Part shown: positions 1-9,949 of the stretch, one piece after another
Position numbering within the stretch: position 1 is the first letter of the stretch
Layout of the letters: the number at the start of each line of letters is the position of its first letter
Assembly: GCA_038230375.1 (NCBI GenBank)
Contig: JBBRNJ010000117.1
Span: 1 to 22,098, forward strand
Reading direction: 5' to 3'
Length of the DNA stretch: 22,098 nt
From: Polyangiales bacterium
GTDB lineage: Bacteria > Myxococcota_A > Polyangia > Polyangiales > Polyangiaceae
Position numbers and translations under genes: made by a program
The notes under the pieces: generated by a model
The model's input: only the letters and a program-made list of their open reading frames with translations
Told to the model about the DNA's origin: nothing
Database searches by the model: none

Positions 1-183
1 GTTGGGTTGGTTCGCCCGGGGCCCCGTGACCCCCTGGCCGCGCTCGGCGGGTGGGTGGGCGGGTCCGACGTCGAGGTCTATGGTCGAGGTCGTCGTCGAG
101 GTCGTTGTCGAAGTCGTTGTCGTCCGCGCATCGTCCCCTTCCGGGTTGGGGTGCGCCGTCACCACACGGCGACGTCGGTTCAT
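1..183 (-). CDS. Partial (3'-truncated) hypothetical protein with a Thr/Ser-rich N-terminus (MNRRRRVVTAHPNPEGDDARTTTTSTTTSTTTSTIDLDVGP...)
   Basis: ATG at 183-181, preceded on the - strand by AGGGGG. The frame is open to the window edge with mostly G/C third positions. A second open frame from ATG 190 has poorer third-position GC. Confidence 0.45.
   Translation of the reverse strand, partial: MNRRRRVVTAHPNPEGDDARTTTTSTTTSTTTSTIDLDVGPAHPPAERGQGVTGPRANQPN
83..118. repeat. Three imperfect 12-bp tandem units GTCGARGTCGTY
   Basis: GTCGAGGTCGTC (83-94), GTCGAGGTCGTT (95-106), GTCGAAGTCGTT (107-118). Encodes (TTTS)n on the - strand. Confidence 0.85.
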
Positions 184-300
184 GGTTCATCCATCCCCCT
201 GGTTCACCGGCAGCCCAGCGGGAGCGTTGTAGTCACACACGAAACCTGAACTGAGCGCGGAAACTGCGGGAATGTGGGGGGTTCGGTCGGAGACCCAAGA

Positions 301-316
301 TGGACGGCGACTTGCA
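301..316 (+). promoter_or_regulatory. Candidate sigma54 -24/-12 promoter of the zinc-ribbon gene
   Basis: TGGACGGCGACTTGCA has exact GG-N10-GC spacing with TGG...TTGCA. The ATG is at 334. Confidence 0.45.
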
Positions 317-333
317 TGTAAGGGGACATCCCC

Positions 334-1596
334 ATGATTTGCGAATGTCCCTCCTGCGATCAGAGCTACGAGCTAGCCGACGAACAGGTGCGGGGAAAAT
401 CCGTCATCCTGAGCTGCCCGCCGTGCAACACGTCCTGGATCGTTGGTCCCTTCTCCTCATCAGCGCCGCAGGCGGATCAGATGGGTGCGATGGGCGACGA
501 CGACGACGACACCGCGGCGAACTACCGCAGCAAGGCCAACCAGCCCGCCGGCCTCGCGCACTCGCCCACGAGCGTCCCGCCGCCGCCCGCATACTCCGCG
601 CCTCCCGCATTCGCAGCTCCCGCGCCCATGCCCGAGCTGCGGATTGGCGAGAGCGGCTCACCGTCTGCGCGTCGCATCCTTCGCGGCGAGGCTCGCGAGC
701 AGCGCGATCTGTTCGCGGCACGGGCGCCCTCCGATCACGGTCGCCAGTCGCCTGTTCCAAGCGCCAGCGCCAGCCCCAGCTTCGTGCCCCCGCCGCCTCC
801 GAGCAGCGTATCGCCGAGCATGTTCCCCGGTGCCAGCACTGCCGCTCGCGGTGAGCACTCTCTCCTCTTCTCCGTCGAGGAGCTGAAGAAGGCCGCCACG
901 ATGCGCCCCCCGCCGCCGGCCCCGACCGCGGTCTTCCAGAACGGCCAGCGCGTTTCGAACGACGACCAGGGCGTGATCGACCTGAAGCCCATGCTCTCTG
1001 CCGGTGGCGAGATGAAGTCGCGCACCGAGGCCCTCTACACGCCCGCGACCGAGATCGGTCCGATGGGCTTCGCGCTCTCCGTGATGCCGCAGCAGAAGAC
1101 GCCGATGGCGGTGTTCGCCGCAGCGGCAGCTGCAGCAGTCCTGCTCCTTGCCGTTGGCCTTGGCTTCGCGCTCCGCGGTGGCAGCGACGAGGCATCCAGC
1201 ACCAACGAAACGCGCAACCCGAACACCGTTGCTGCGGCCCAGCCGATGACCGAGACCCCGTCCAACGCGACGATCTCGCCCGAGGCGAAGCTCGCGCTGA
1301 ACAAGAGCGACTCGAGCAGCAAGGCCGACCAGGCCGACGCAGTCTCGCCGATGAAGGCGCAGACCGTGTCGAACCGAGCGGCAAGCGGCGCAAAGGTCTA
1401 CTCCGCAGCATCCAAAGGCTGGAAGATGCCGGCGAACTCGCGCAAGGTGAGCTCCAGCGGCACCGGCAATTTCAGCGCGAAGTCCAGCGCTCTTCCCTCG
1501 CCCCCCAAGGCGAAGGGTGGCGGCGGCAAGAAGAGCGGCGCGGACCCCTGCGGCTGCGGCGGCAATCTCCAGTGCGCGATGAAGTGCGGCCTCTGA
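334..1596 (+). CDS. MJ0042-type zinc-ribbon, single-TM membrane protein (GltJ/AgmX-like N-terminal architecture) with a C-terminal 4-Cys motif
   Basis: N-terminal CPSC...CPPC, Pro-rich linker, TM segment AVFAAAAAAAVLLLAVGLGFAL, low-complexity stalk and terminal DPCGCGGNLQCAMKCGL. AAGGGG SD upstream. Confidence 0.8.
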   Translation: MICECPSCDQSYELADEQVRGKSVILSCPPCNTSWIVGPFSSSAPQADQMGAMGDDDDDTAANYRSKANQPAGLAHSPTSVPPPPAYSAPPAFAAPAPMPELRIGESGSPSARRILRGEAREQRDLFAARAPSDHGRQSPVPSASASPSFVPPPPPSSVSPSMFPGASTAARGEHSLLFSVEELKKAATMRPPPPAPTAVFQNGQRVSNDDQGVIDLKPMLSAGGEMKSRTEALYTPATEIGPMGFALSVMPQQKTPMAVFAAAAAAAVLLLAVGLGFALRGGSDEASSTNETRNPNTVAAAQPMTETPSNATISPEAKLALNKSDSSSKADQADAVSPMKAQTVSNRAASGAKVYSAASKGWKMPANSRKVSSSGTGNFSAKSSALPSPPKAKGGGGKKSGADPCGCGGNLQCAMKCGL

Positions 1597-1611
1597 CCGA
1601 ACGACGCGCGA

Positions 1612-2319
1612 CTAGTACCGCTCCTTCGGCTCCGTCTTGCTGGTGATCGACACCTTCGGGAACACCTCGGCGACGAAGCGATCACGCACGGCGTCCGCGC
1701 GGTCCATGTCTCCACGCGACGGAACGGCGAGCCCCACGATGAGGCACGCGTTGTCCCACGCCGGGTAGGACGCGAACGCGGCGGAGTACTCGTCGTTGAT
1801 GAGCATCGTGGCGATCTTGGCATGGACGACCACCACCTCCACGATCTCCTTCTGCCACGCGAACGCCTTGGGCTCCTGGGCGGTCAGGTTCACGTCGAAG
1901 CTGTCGATGTAGGGCTTCGCGTAGTCCTCGAAGCTCTTGCTGCACGCGCCTTGCACCTTGTTGTCCGGCACGTGCGTCACGAAGCCACCAACGATGGCGT
2001 GATGATCCTTGCCGTAGCGGAAGCCGACCAGGCTCTGCACTCCCCAGAAGCGCACGCGCATCCAGTGCTCTGCATCAGGCAGATTCACGAGCACGCTTGC
2101 TTGCTTGTCGTCGCGAGGAGCGGTGGGTGAGACCTTGAGCTGCTCCATCGCCGCGGCATGCTCTTCGTTGCCGCTCTTGTTGTTCCCTTCGGCCGGCTTG
2201 CCGTCATCCTTGGGCGGCGGCATTGCCTGGATGCGCTCGATGGGCTTCGCTTGATTGTGACCGCAGGCAGCGGTGGCTACCGCAACTAGAAGGAACAGAG
2301 TTCTGCGCACGACAAACAT
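1612..2319 (-). CDS. Hypothetical lipoprotein (true start may be GTG at 2310)
   Basis: Signal RRTLFLLVAVATAA-C with lipobox-like TAAC, globular alpha/beta C-terminal region, strong GC3 bias. Confidence 0.8.
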   Translation of the reverse strand: MFVVRRTLFLLVAVATAACGHNQAKPIERIQAMPPPKDDGKPAEGNNKSGNEEHAAAMEQLKVSPTAPRDDKQASVLVNLPDAEHWMRVRFWGVQSLVGFRYGKDHHAIVGGFVTHVPDNKVQGACSKSFEDYAKPYIDSFDVNLTAQEPKAFAWQKEIVEVVVVHAKIATMLINDEYSAAFASYPAWDNACLIVGLAVPSRGDMDRADAVRDRFVAEVFPKVSITSKTEPKERY

Positions 2320-2323
2320 TGTA
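2318..2323 (-). promoter_or_regulatory. Candidate sigma70 -10 box TACAAT for a leaderless transcript starting at GTG 2310
   Basis: The - strand reads TACAAT-gtttgtc-GTG (7-nt spacer). Confidence 0.4.
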
Positions 2324-2394
2324 GCGCCTCATTCCGCCTACGCGCGAGTGTGCTGCATCTTCCCAGGCAAACGCCGCTCCGGTACGAATGGGCC

Positions 2395-3888
<1,494 letters not shown>

Positions 3889-3912
3889 CTCTCCTGAAAC
3901 GATTGGAAGGCG

Positions 3913-3936
3913 AACCCGCAGAAACGGGTTTATACT
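3913..3936 (+). promoter_or_regulatory. Inverted repeat AACCCG-N6-CGGGTT followed by TATACT: glpK terminator-like hairpin and/or operator next to the -10 box of the UPF0158 gene
   Basis: Perfect 6-bp inverted repeat at 3913-3930. TATACT at 3931-3936 is unusually AT-rich for this window. Confidence 0.4.
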
Positions 3937-4034
3937 GATTGAACCGGCTCGTATCCCCTCGCGAACGTGCATTAGCCCGCACGCCGCGAGAAGGCAGAGC
4001 TCGGTGCTTTCGCTTTCTGAAGGGAGACTCTCAC

Positions 4035-4865
4035 ATGACAGATCAGCCTCCGGCCACTCCCACTGGCCCGCTCCGCGACGTGCCCGTCGACTGGGAAGCG
4101 CTCGAGGACGCTTTCGAGAACAACGCGCCGGAGGTCCATAGCTACCTCCACCTCGCGACAGGTGAAGTGTTGCGCGTGGTCGACGGCGTGGCCGACCCGC
4201 AGATGCACGTTCGCATCAGCTCGGACGCGAACTACCTCCGCATCGATCCGGTGAGCTCGCGAGAGCAGTACCGCTGGATGGAGCGGTTCATCCCCATGGT
4301 CGAGGATCCCGACCTTCGCACCAAGCTCACGCACGCCATCGACGGTAAGGGCGCCTTCCGCAGGTTCAAGGACGTGCTCATGGCGTTCGCTGCCGATCGC
4401 GAGCGCTGGTTCGGTTTCCGCAGCGAGCGGCTGCGCACGTTCATGGAAGCGTGGCTCACCGCACACGCCATCAAGGCAGTGCCGCGACCGCAGTGGGCCG
4501 ACGGTCCGCCGTCGGAGGTGGAGCCCGCGCCGGAGAGCCTCGCGCTGGTCGGCAGTGGCACCGGCCCCAACAGCAGCGACGACGCGCCCAAGTCGCAGAG
4601 CGGCCGCCGCACGCGCAGCGCGGAGGCCAGCCGTCAGCATCTGCGTGAGACCGCAGAGGCTCTGGGACCGCGTGAGCTCGAGACGCTCGTCGCATTCGCG
4701 GAGTTCCTCAAGGCGCGGCGCGCAGCACGCAGCTTTGCGCATCACCACGAGCACCAGGCCGAAGGGCGCAAGCTCGGTGACGCGGTGCCGCCGAGCGTGA
4801 GCGCGATCAGCGGCCTGCCCGGCATGCCGCCCACCGGAACCGATTCCGGGCGCGACGGCGCCTGA
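4035..4865 (+). CDS. UPF0158 family protein with a C-terminal extension
   Basis: VDWEALEDAFE, YLHLATGEV, YLRIDPVSSREQYRWMERF, AIDGKGAFRRFKDVL, RWFGFR match my recollection of UPF0158. SD AAGGGAG precedes ATG 4035. Confidence 0.88.
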   Translation: MTDQPPATPTGPLRDVPVDWEALEDAFENNAPEVHSYLHLATGEVLRVVDGVADPQMHVRISSDANYLRIDPVSSREQYRWMERFIPMVEDPDLRTKLTHAIDGKGAFRRFKDVLMAFAADRERWFGFRSERLRTFMEAWLTAHAIKAVPRPQWADGPPSEVEPAPESLALVGSGTGPNSSDDAPKSQSGRRTRSAEASRQHLRETAEALGPRELETLVAFAEFLKARRAARSFAHHHEHQAEGRKLGDAVPPSVSAISGLPGMPPTGTDSGRDGA

Positions 4866-4880
4866 GGCTGAACGCACCTG

Positions 4881-5627
4881 ATGACTCGCGGCGCGGCGCT
4901 CCATCTCGTGGCATCGGTCTCGCGGCCTCTCATGCCCCTGATCCTGGCCGCGTTCGTCTCGTCCGCTACCTATTCGAGCTCCTCTCACGCAGCGACCGCG
5001 AGCGTGGAGATCGAGCGCACCGCTGTTCGTTACACCTCACCGGAGACCGGGGGCGCGGGCAAGCCGCGCTTCATCTCGCAGCGCATGCTGTCTTTTCTGG
5101 CGCGCCTGGAGGCGATCGCGGAGCGCAATCCGAACATCTCCGAGCCGCGCTATATGCGCGCCGCGAGCGAGCGCTACGTCGCGGAGGACATGCTCAACGA
5201 GCTGCTCATCCGCTCGGGCAAGGAGCCTGACGAGTTCCCGAAGCTCGTGGAGGCCTCGCGCGCCGACCTCTGCATCCGCGTCGGCGGCTGCCCCGTGCTC
5301 GACCAGGCGCGCACGCTCGAGGGCGTGGAGGATGCGGAGCTCACCGCGATGCTGAGGCGCAAGGTGCGCGCGGCCACCTATATCGATCGCACGGTGACCC
5401 AGATCTTCCATCCCGCCGACGACGAGCTCTACGACGCGTTCCGCACGGCGCAGCACCCCTTCCGCGGCCAGACGTACGACGCGTGCAAGGTGGAGCTTTC
5501 GCGCTGGCTCACGTTCGAGAAGCTCCGCGTCTCCGAGCTGGAGTTCCTGCAGAGCGCGCGAGCACGCGTTCGCATCGTGGCGCTGTTCCTTCCGCCTTCC
5601 ATACCAACCTCCCCGACCTCCTCGTGA
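4881..5627 (+). CDS. Exported hypothetical protein, possibly SurA N-terminal-like chaperone
   Basis: Hydrophobic N-terminal signal, then a helical body ending LEFLQSARARVRIV, resembling SurA/PpiC-family C-termini. No PPIase motif recognised. Start may be ATG 4932. Confidence 0.6.
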   Translation: MTRGAALHLVASVSRPLMPLILAAFVSSATYSSSSHAATASVEIERTAVRYTSPETGGAGKPRFISQRMLSFLARLEAIAERNPNISEPRYMRAASERYVAEDMLNELLIRSGKEPDEFPKLVEASRADLCIRVGGCPVLDQARTLEGVEDAELTAMLRRKVRAATYIDRTVTQIFHPADDELYDAFRTAQHPFRGQTYDACKVELSRWLTFEKLRVSELEFLQSARARVRIVALFLPPSIPTSPTSS

Positions 5628-6646
5628 GAACGCGGCTCCTGCTCCTTGCCGCGGTGGCACTGCTGCTCTTGCTGTTGCCGACCCGCAAGAAGGACAACGT
5701 GGAAGAGAAGAGCACGGCGCCTGGACCGCACGTGCGCGTGGGCCTCGTGTTCGACGTGGGCGGGCGCGGAGACAAGAGCTTCAACGACGGCGCGTATGAG
5801 GGGCTCATGCGCGCAAAGCGCGAGCTCGGCGCCGACGTGCAGTACACGGAGCCATCCGGCGCGGAGGACCGCGAGGCAGCGCTGCGGCTGTTCGCTGCGC
5901 GCGGCTTCGACCTGGTCATGGGCGTGGGATTCATCTTCTCGTCCGACGTGGACCTGGTGGCCCGCTCCTACAAGAACGTGCACTTTGCATGTATCGACTA
6001 CGCGCCACGGCCCACGGGGATGCCCGACAACGTCGCGGGGCTCGGCTTCCGGGAAGAGGAAGGCTCGTTCCTTGTCGGCGCGGTTGCAGGCCTCATGTCG
6101 AAGACGAAGCATGTCGGCTTCGTGGGCGGAATGACCGGGCCGCTCATCCGCAAGTTCGAGGCAGGCTACGAGGCCGGAATCAAGGCCACGTGCCCCGAGT
6201 GCACGCTACACGCTGCATACGCAGGGACCACGCCGGATGCGTACCGCGACCCCGCGAAGGGCAAGGCGCTCGGGGTCGCCGAGATCGCCGCCGGCGCGGA
6301 CATCATCTACCAGGCCTCCGGCTCCACGGGGCACGGCGTGTTCCAGGCGGTGCGCGAGGCCAACATCCGCGGGATTGGCGTGGACGCAGATCAGTACGAC
6401 GAGGCGCCTGGCTTCATCGTGACCAGCATGGTGAAGCGCGTGGACGTGGCGGTGTTCGACACTGTGCGCGCCGTGAAGGAAAACAAGTTCGCCGGCGGCA
6501 TGCGCGTGCTCGGTCTCGCCGAGTCCGGCATTGACTACGTCCACGACGGGCCGCACGGAGAAGGAATCCCTGCGGACGTGAAGACCAAGGTCGACGCGCT
6601 ACGCGCTGACATCGTCTCCAGGAAGATCTCCGTTCCCAGCAAGTAG
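5624..6646 (+). CDS. BMP/PnrA-family periplasmic substrate-binding protein (nucleoside-type)
   Basis: GGRGDKSFNDGAYEG, GFREEEGSFLVG, IGVDADQ, TSMVKRVDVAV. GTG 5624 overlaps the upstream stop (GTGA). Confidence 0.92.
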   Translation: MRTRLLLLAAVALLLLLLPTRKKDNVEEKSTAPGPHVRVGLVFDVGGRGDKSFNDGAYEGLMRAKRELGADVQYTEPSGAEDREAALRLFAARGFDLVMGVGFIFSSDVDLVARSYKNVHFACIDYAPRPTGMPDNVAGLGFREEEGSFLVGAVAGLMSKTKHVGFVGGMTGPLIRKFEAGYEAGIKATCPECTLHAAYAGTTPDAYRDPAKGKALGVAEIAAGADIIYQASGSTGHGVFQAVREANIRGIGVDADQYDEAPGFIVTSMVKRVDVAVFDTVRAVKENKFAGGMRVLGLAESGIDYVHDGPHGEGIPADVKTKVDALRADIVSRKISVPSK

Positions 6647-6647
6647 C

Positions 6648-8135
6648 TCACGCCGATGGCAACGGAACGCTCTGCGCGAAGCAGAAGTAGTTCGTGGGAT
6701 CGAACTCCAGCTTCGCCTGCTGCAGCCTGGGCAGGTTCTCGCCGTAGTAGGCGGTCGCCCAGTCGTCCCGCGTGAGGTCCGTGTAGTTCGGGTAGGCCTG
6801 GCCGGAGACGTTGCCCGACGATTTCAGGACGCCCGCGATCTCCTTCAAGCGCGCGGCGGTACGCCCGTCCAGCGGGTTCGTTCCGTTCATCTGCGTGTTG
6901 CCCCACGACATGAAGATCTGGAGACAGCAGAGGACGTCCTTGCGGTGCGCGAACGCCATCGAGTCGCGGGGCACGTCGCGAATGACCGAGCCGTAGCTAT
7001 CGAACAGGAACGCGAAACCCCACGGGTCCTTGTTGGTCTCGAGGACGCGCGTGATGGTCGCGATGCCCTCTGCGTTCAGCGGCTTCAGATAGTAGTCGGA
7101 GCGTGCGCGGAAGCGCGACGACTTCGCCGAGACCTTGCCGCCGTTCCAGTGGCTGAGCGAGTCCATGAACGTGCGCTGCGTGCTGTAGCCCGTGAACGTG
7201 GTGCCCCACGTCGCCTCGAGCGCGGCAAGGCACTGCGCCTGCGAGCCCAGGAACTGCCCGGAGATCGAGATGTGCGCGGAGGTGCCGGAGCCGCTCATCG
7301 ACATGATGGAGACGATCTCGGGGGCCATGTCCTTCACCCATGCGAACCACTTCGGCACCAGGTCCGTGGCCTGCGCGATCGGGAACTGACGGTGGAAGGT
7401 GGTGACACTCGTGGGCACGGTGTGCACGCGCACCTCCATCTGCGTGACCACGCCGAAGCTGCCGCCGCCGCCGCGCAAGGCCCAGAAGAGCTCCGGATTC
7501 TCTTGCGCGTTCGCGACCAGGATCTCGCCGTCCGCGTTCACCACCCGCAGCGAGACGATGTTGTCGACGGCGAGCCCGAACTTGCGCGCGAGGAATCCGA
7601 AGCCGCCGCCGAGAGAGAACCCAGAGAACGCGACGGACAGGCAGCTGCCCATCACCGCAGCGGTATTCGGGCGGGCCGTGAACAGGCGCGTCGCGAGGTC
7701 GCCCTGCTTCCAGCCACTGCCGACGGTCATGGTGTCCGTGCCGAGATGGAAGTTCTTGAGACCCGAGACGTCGATGACCAGATCGCTGTTCATCGAGAAG
7801 CCTTCGTAGTTGTGTCCGCCGCTGCGCACCGTGATCTTGCGACCATTGGCGCGCGCCCACTTCACCGACGCCGCGACCTCTTCCTCCGTGTTGCAGAACG
7901 CGATGAGTCCAGGCTTCACGTCGACCCGCGGGTTCTCCACCGTGCGCGACGCGGTGTACGTCGCGCTCTGCGGCATGATGAGTCGCCCGCTTACGCGCAC
8001 GCTTGCCGGAAACGTGGACGCATCACCGAGGTCGGCGGCGAGCACATCGATGTCGGAGCCATCGGCTGCCGCGCACCCGGTTCCGAGGAGCGCGAAGGCT
8101 CCAGCGAGTCGAAGGAAGTCGCGGCGGCTCTGCAT
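6648..8135 (-). CDS. Tat-signal lipoprotein, FAD-binding oxidoreductase of the berberine-bridge-enzyme/VAO family
   Basis: MQSRRDFLRLAGAFALLGTG-C (twin-arginine plus lipobox), RSGGHNYEG flavinylation His, GSCLSV Cys, LFWALRGGGGSFGVVT, and C-terminal YPNY...YYGENLPRL..K..FDPTNYF BBE domain. Confidence 0.92.
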   Translation of the reverse strand: MQSRRDFLRLAGAFALLGTGCAAADGSDIDVLAADLGDASTFPASVRVSGRLIMPQSATYTASRTVENPRVDVKPGLIAFCNTEEEVAASVKWARANGRKITVRSGGHNYEGFSMNSDLVIDVSGLKNFHLGTDTMTVGSGWKQGDLATRLFTARPNTAAVMGSCLSVAFSGFSLGGGFGFLARKFGLAVDNIVSLRVVNADGEILVANAQENPELFWALRGGGGSFGVVTQMEVRVHTVPTSVTTFHRQFPIAQATDLVPKWFAWVKDMAPEIVSIMSMSGSGTSAHISISGQFLGSQAQCLAALEATWGTTFTGYSTQRTFMDSLSHWNGGKVSAKSSRFRARSDYYLKPLNAEGIATITRVLETNKDPWGFAFLFDSYGSVIRDVPRDSMAFAHRKDVLCCLQIFMSWGNTQMNGTNPLDGRTAARLKEIAGVLKSSGNVSGQAYPNYTDLTRDDWATAYYGENLPRLQQAKLEFDPTNYFCFAQSVPLPSA

Positions 8136-8146
8136 TCCATCATTCA

Positions 8147-8163
8147 CGCACGAGGTATGCCAA
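8147..8163 (-). promoter_or_regulatory. Candidate sigma54 -24/-12 promoter of the FAD oxidase
   Basis: The - strand reads TTGGCATACCTCGTGCG (TGGCA, GG-N10-GC). The -12 C is 13 nt from the ATG at 8135. Confidence 0.5.
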
Positions 8164-8305
8164 TGTCGGGTCTTTGTATCTGATGTAGGTCGCCAGGAAC
8201 TTGCCGCGATTCCAATGGTTTGGCTCTCGCGCCGGGTGACGCTGGGTTCCGGAGACACAAGACAATTCCATGCTCGATGGACGGACGATCCAGCCTGGCA
8301 ACCGC

Positions 8306-8314
8306 TGATAGCTT
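8306..8314 (+). promoter_or_regulatory. Candidate extended -10 box (TGnTAGCTT) for a leaderless transcript of the 8321-15431 operon
   Basis: TGATAGCTT-gggtcc-ATG (6-nt spacer), with no clear SD before ATG 8321. Confidence 0.45.
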
Positions 8315-8320
8315 GGGTCC

Positions 8321-9949
8321 ATGTCCATCGTCCACGGCGGCCGGCTGGTGGCGCAGGCACTGAAACGGCACGGCACGACGCACCTCTTCACCCTCTGCGG
8401 CGGCCACATCCAGGCCATCTACGACGGCTGTCTCGACGAAGGCATCCGCGTCGTGGACGTGCGGCACGAGCAGACCGCGGGACACGCGGCTGACGGCTAC
8501 GCGCGCGTCACTGGGCGCCCCGGCGTGTGCGCTGTGACCGCGGGACCCGGCGTCACGGACGTGGTCACGGCCATGGCGAATGCGCAGCGCGCGGGGGTCC
8601 CGCTCATCTGCATAGGCGGCGCGGGACCGAAGCAGCTCTGCGACATGGGCAGCCTGCAGGACATGGACCACCTCACGCTCATGCGCAGCGTGAGCAAGTG
8701 GGCCGTGCAGGTCCCGTCCACGGCAAGGATTGCAGAATACATGGATTCTGCGTTTCGCATCGCGATGGCGAACGTGCCGGGCCCCGTGTTCCTGGAGATG
8801 CCGCTCGACCTCCTCATGAACTTCCACGAGGACACGGACCTGCCAGCGACCAGGGCCATGGCCACACCGCCGCGGCCCGCCGCCGATCCCCGCAGCCTGA
8901 CAGCGACCGCGGAGCTGCTCACCGCCGCGAAGAAGCCCGTCATCCTGGTCGGCACGCAGATCCGATGGTCGCCCGTGAAGGACGAGCTCGTCGCGTTCGC
9001 CAACGCGCTCGGCGCGCCGATGTACCTGAACGGCATGGCGCGGGGCGGGCTTCCGGCGAGCCACCCGCTGCTGTTCTCGCGCTCACGGAGGTACGCGCTC
9101 GCCAATGCGGACCTCGTCGTCGTGCTCGGCACACCGTTCGACTTCCGTCTGGACTACGGTCGCGCGTTCGGTGGCGCGAAGCTGGTGCAGGTCGACCTGG
9201 ACGGCGCGGAGCTCGGTCGCAATCGCGCCGTGGACGTGGCCATCCACGCCGACAGCGGCCTCTTCCTGGAGGCGCTCGCGAAGGGTTCCAGAGAGCCGGC
9301 GCGGCTCACGGGCTGGGTCGCCGAGGTGCGCGCGGATGAGGACAAGCGCCAGTCCAAGATGCAGGCGGAGATCCTCTCGAACGACTCACCGCCGAACCCG
9401 CTTCGTGTCTGCGCGGAGCTGGGCAAGCGCCTGGGCAAGCGTGACATCCTGATCGGTGATGGCGGCGACTTCGTCGCGACCGCTGCAAACGTGATCAAGC
9501 TGGAGTGGCCGCAGCTCTGGATGGACCCTGGCCCGCTCGGCACCCTGGGCGTGGGTCCCGGCTACGCCATGGCGGCTGCCCTTGCCCGTCCAGACGCACG
9601 AACCGTGCTCGTCTACGGTGATGGCAGCTTCGGCCTGCACGGCATCGAGTTCGAGGCCATGGCGCGGCAGAAGATCCCCGTGGTCTCCGTAATAGGCAAC
9701 GATGCCGGCTGGACGCAGATCCGAAGAGGCCAGGTGGAGCTCTACGGGGAACAACGCGCGGTGGCCACGGCGTTGGACTACACACGCTACGACAAGATCG
9801 TCGAGGCCTGCGGTGGCTTCGGCGCGTGGGTGGAGAAGATCGAAGATCTTGGACCGGCGCTGGACGAAGCATTTGCCTGTGGGAGGCCCGCGTGCGTGAA
9901 CGTGAAGATAGCGAAGAGCGACTTTCGGAAGGGCGCGATCAGCGTCTGA
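8321..9949 (+). CDS. ThDP-dependent enzyme, acetolactate-synthase-like ILVBL / 2-hydroxyacyl-CoA lyase type
   Basis: HGGRLVA, FTLCGGHI, DVRHEQ (catalytic Glu), TAGPG, GDGGDFV, WMDPGPLGTLGVGPG and the ThDP motif GDGSFG...IGNDAGWTQI. Confidence 0.88.
   Translation: MSIVHGGRLVAQALKRHGTTHLFTLCGGHIQAIYDGCLDEGIRVVDVRHEQTAGHAADGYARVTGRPGVCAVTAGPGVTDVVTAMANAQRAGVPLICIGGAGPKQLCDMGSLQDMDHLTLMRSVSKWAVQVPSTARIAEYMDSAFRIAMANVPGPVFLEMPLDLLMNFHEDTDLPATRAMATPPRPAADPRSLTATAELLTAAKKPVILVGTQIRWSPVKDELVAFANALGAPMYLNGMARGGLPASHPLLFSRSRRYALANADLVVVLGTPFDFRLDYGRAFGGAKLVQVDLDGAELGRNRAVDVAIHADSGLFLEALAKGSREPARLTGWVAEVRADEDKRQSKMQAEILSNDSPPNPLRVCAELGKRLGKRDILIGDGGDFVATAANVIKLEWPQLWMDPGPLGTLGVGPGYAMAAALARPDARTVLVYGDGSFGLHGIEFEAMARQKIPVVSVIGNDAGWTQIRRGQVELYGEQRAVATALDYTRYDKIVEACGGFGAWVEKIEDLGPALDEAFACGRPACVNVKIAKSDFRKGAISV

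Noticed and set aside
2..254. + strand short ORFs at the left edge (e.g. VEVVVEVVVEVV)
   Set aside because: Alternative readings of the 12-bp repeat; the - strand frame has an SD-like sequence and better codon bias.
8321..9949. ilvB/ilvI acetolactate synthase of branched-chain amino acid synthesis
   Set aside because: Motifs fit the ILVBL/HACL-like branch better, and there is no regulatory subunit or ilvC nearby, so no gene symbol was given.
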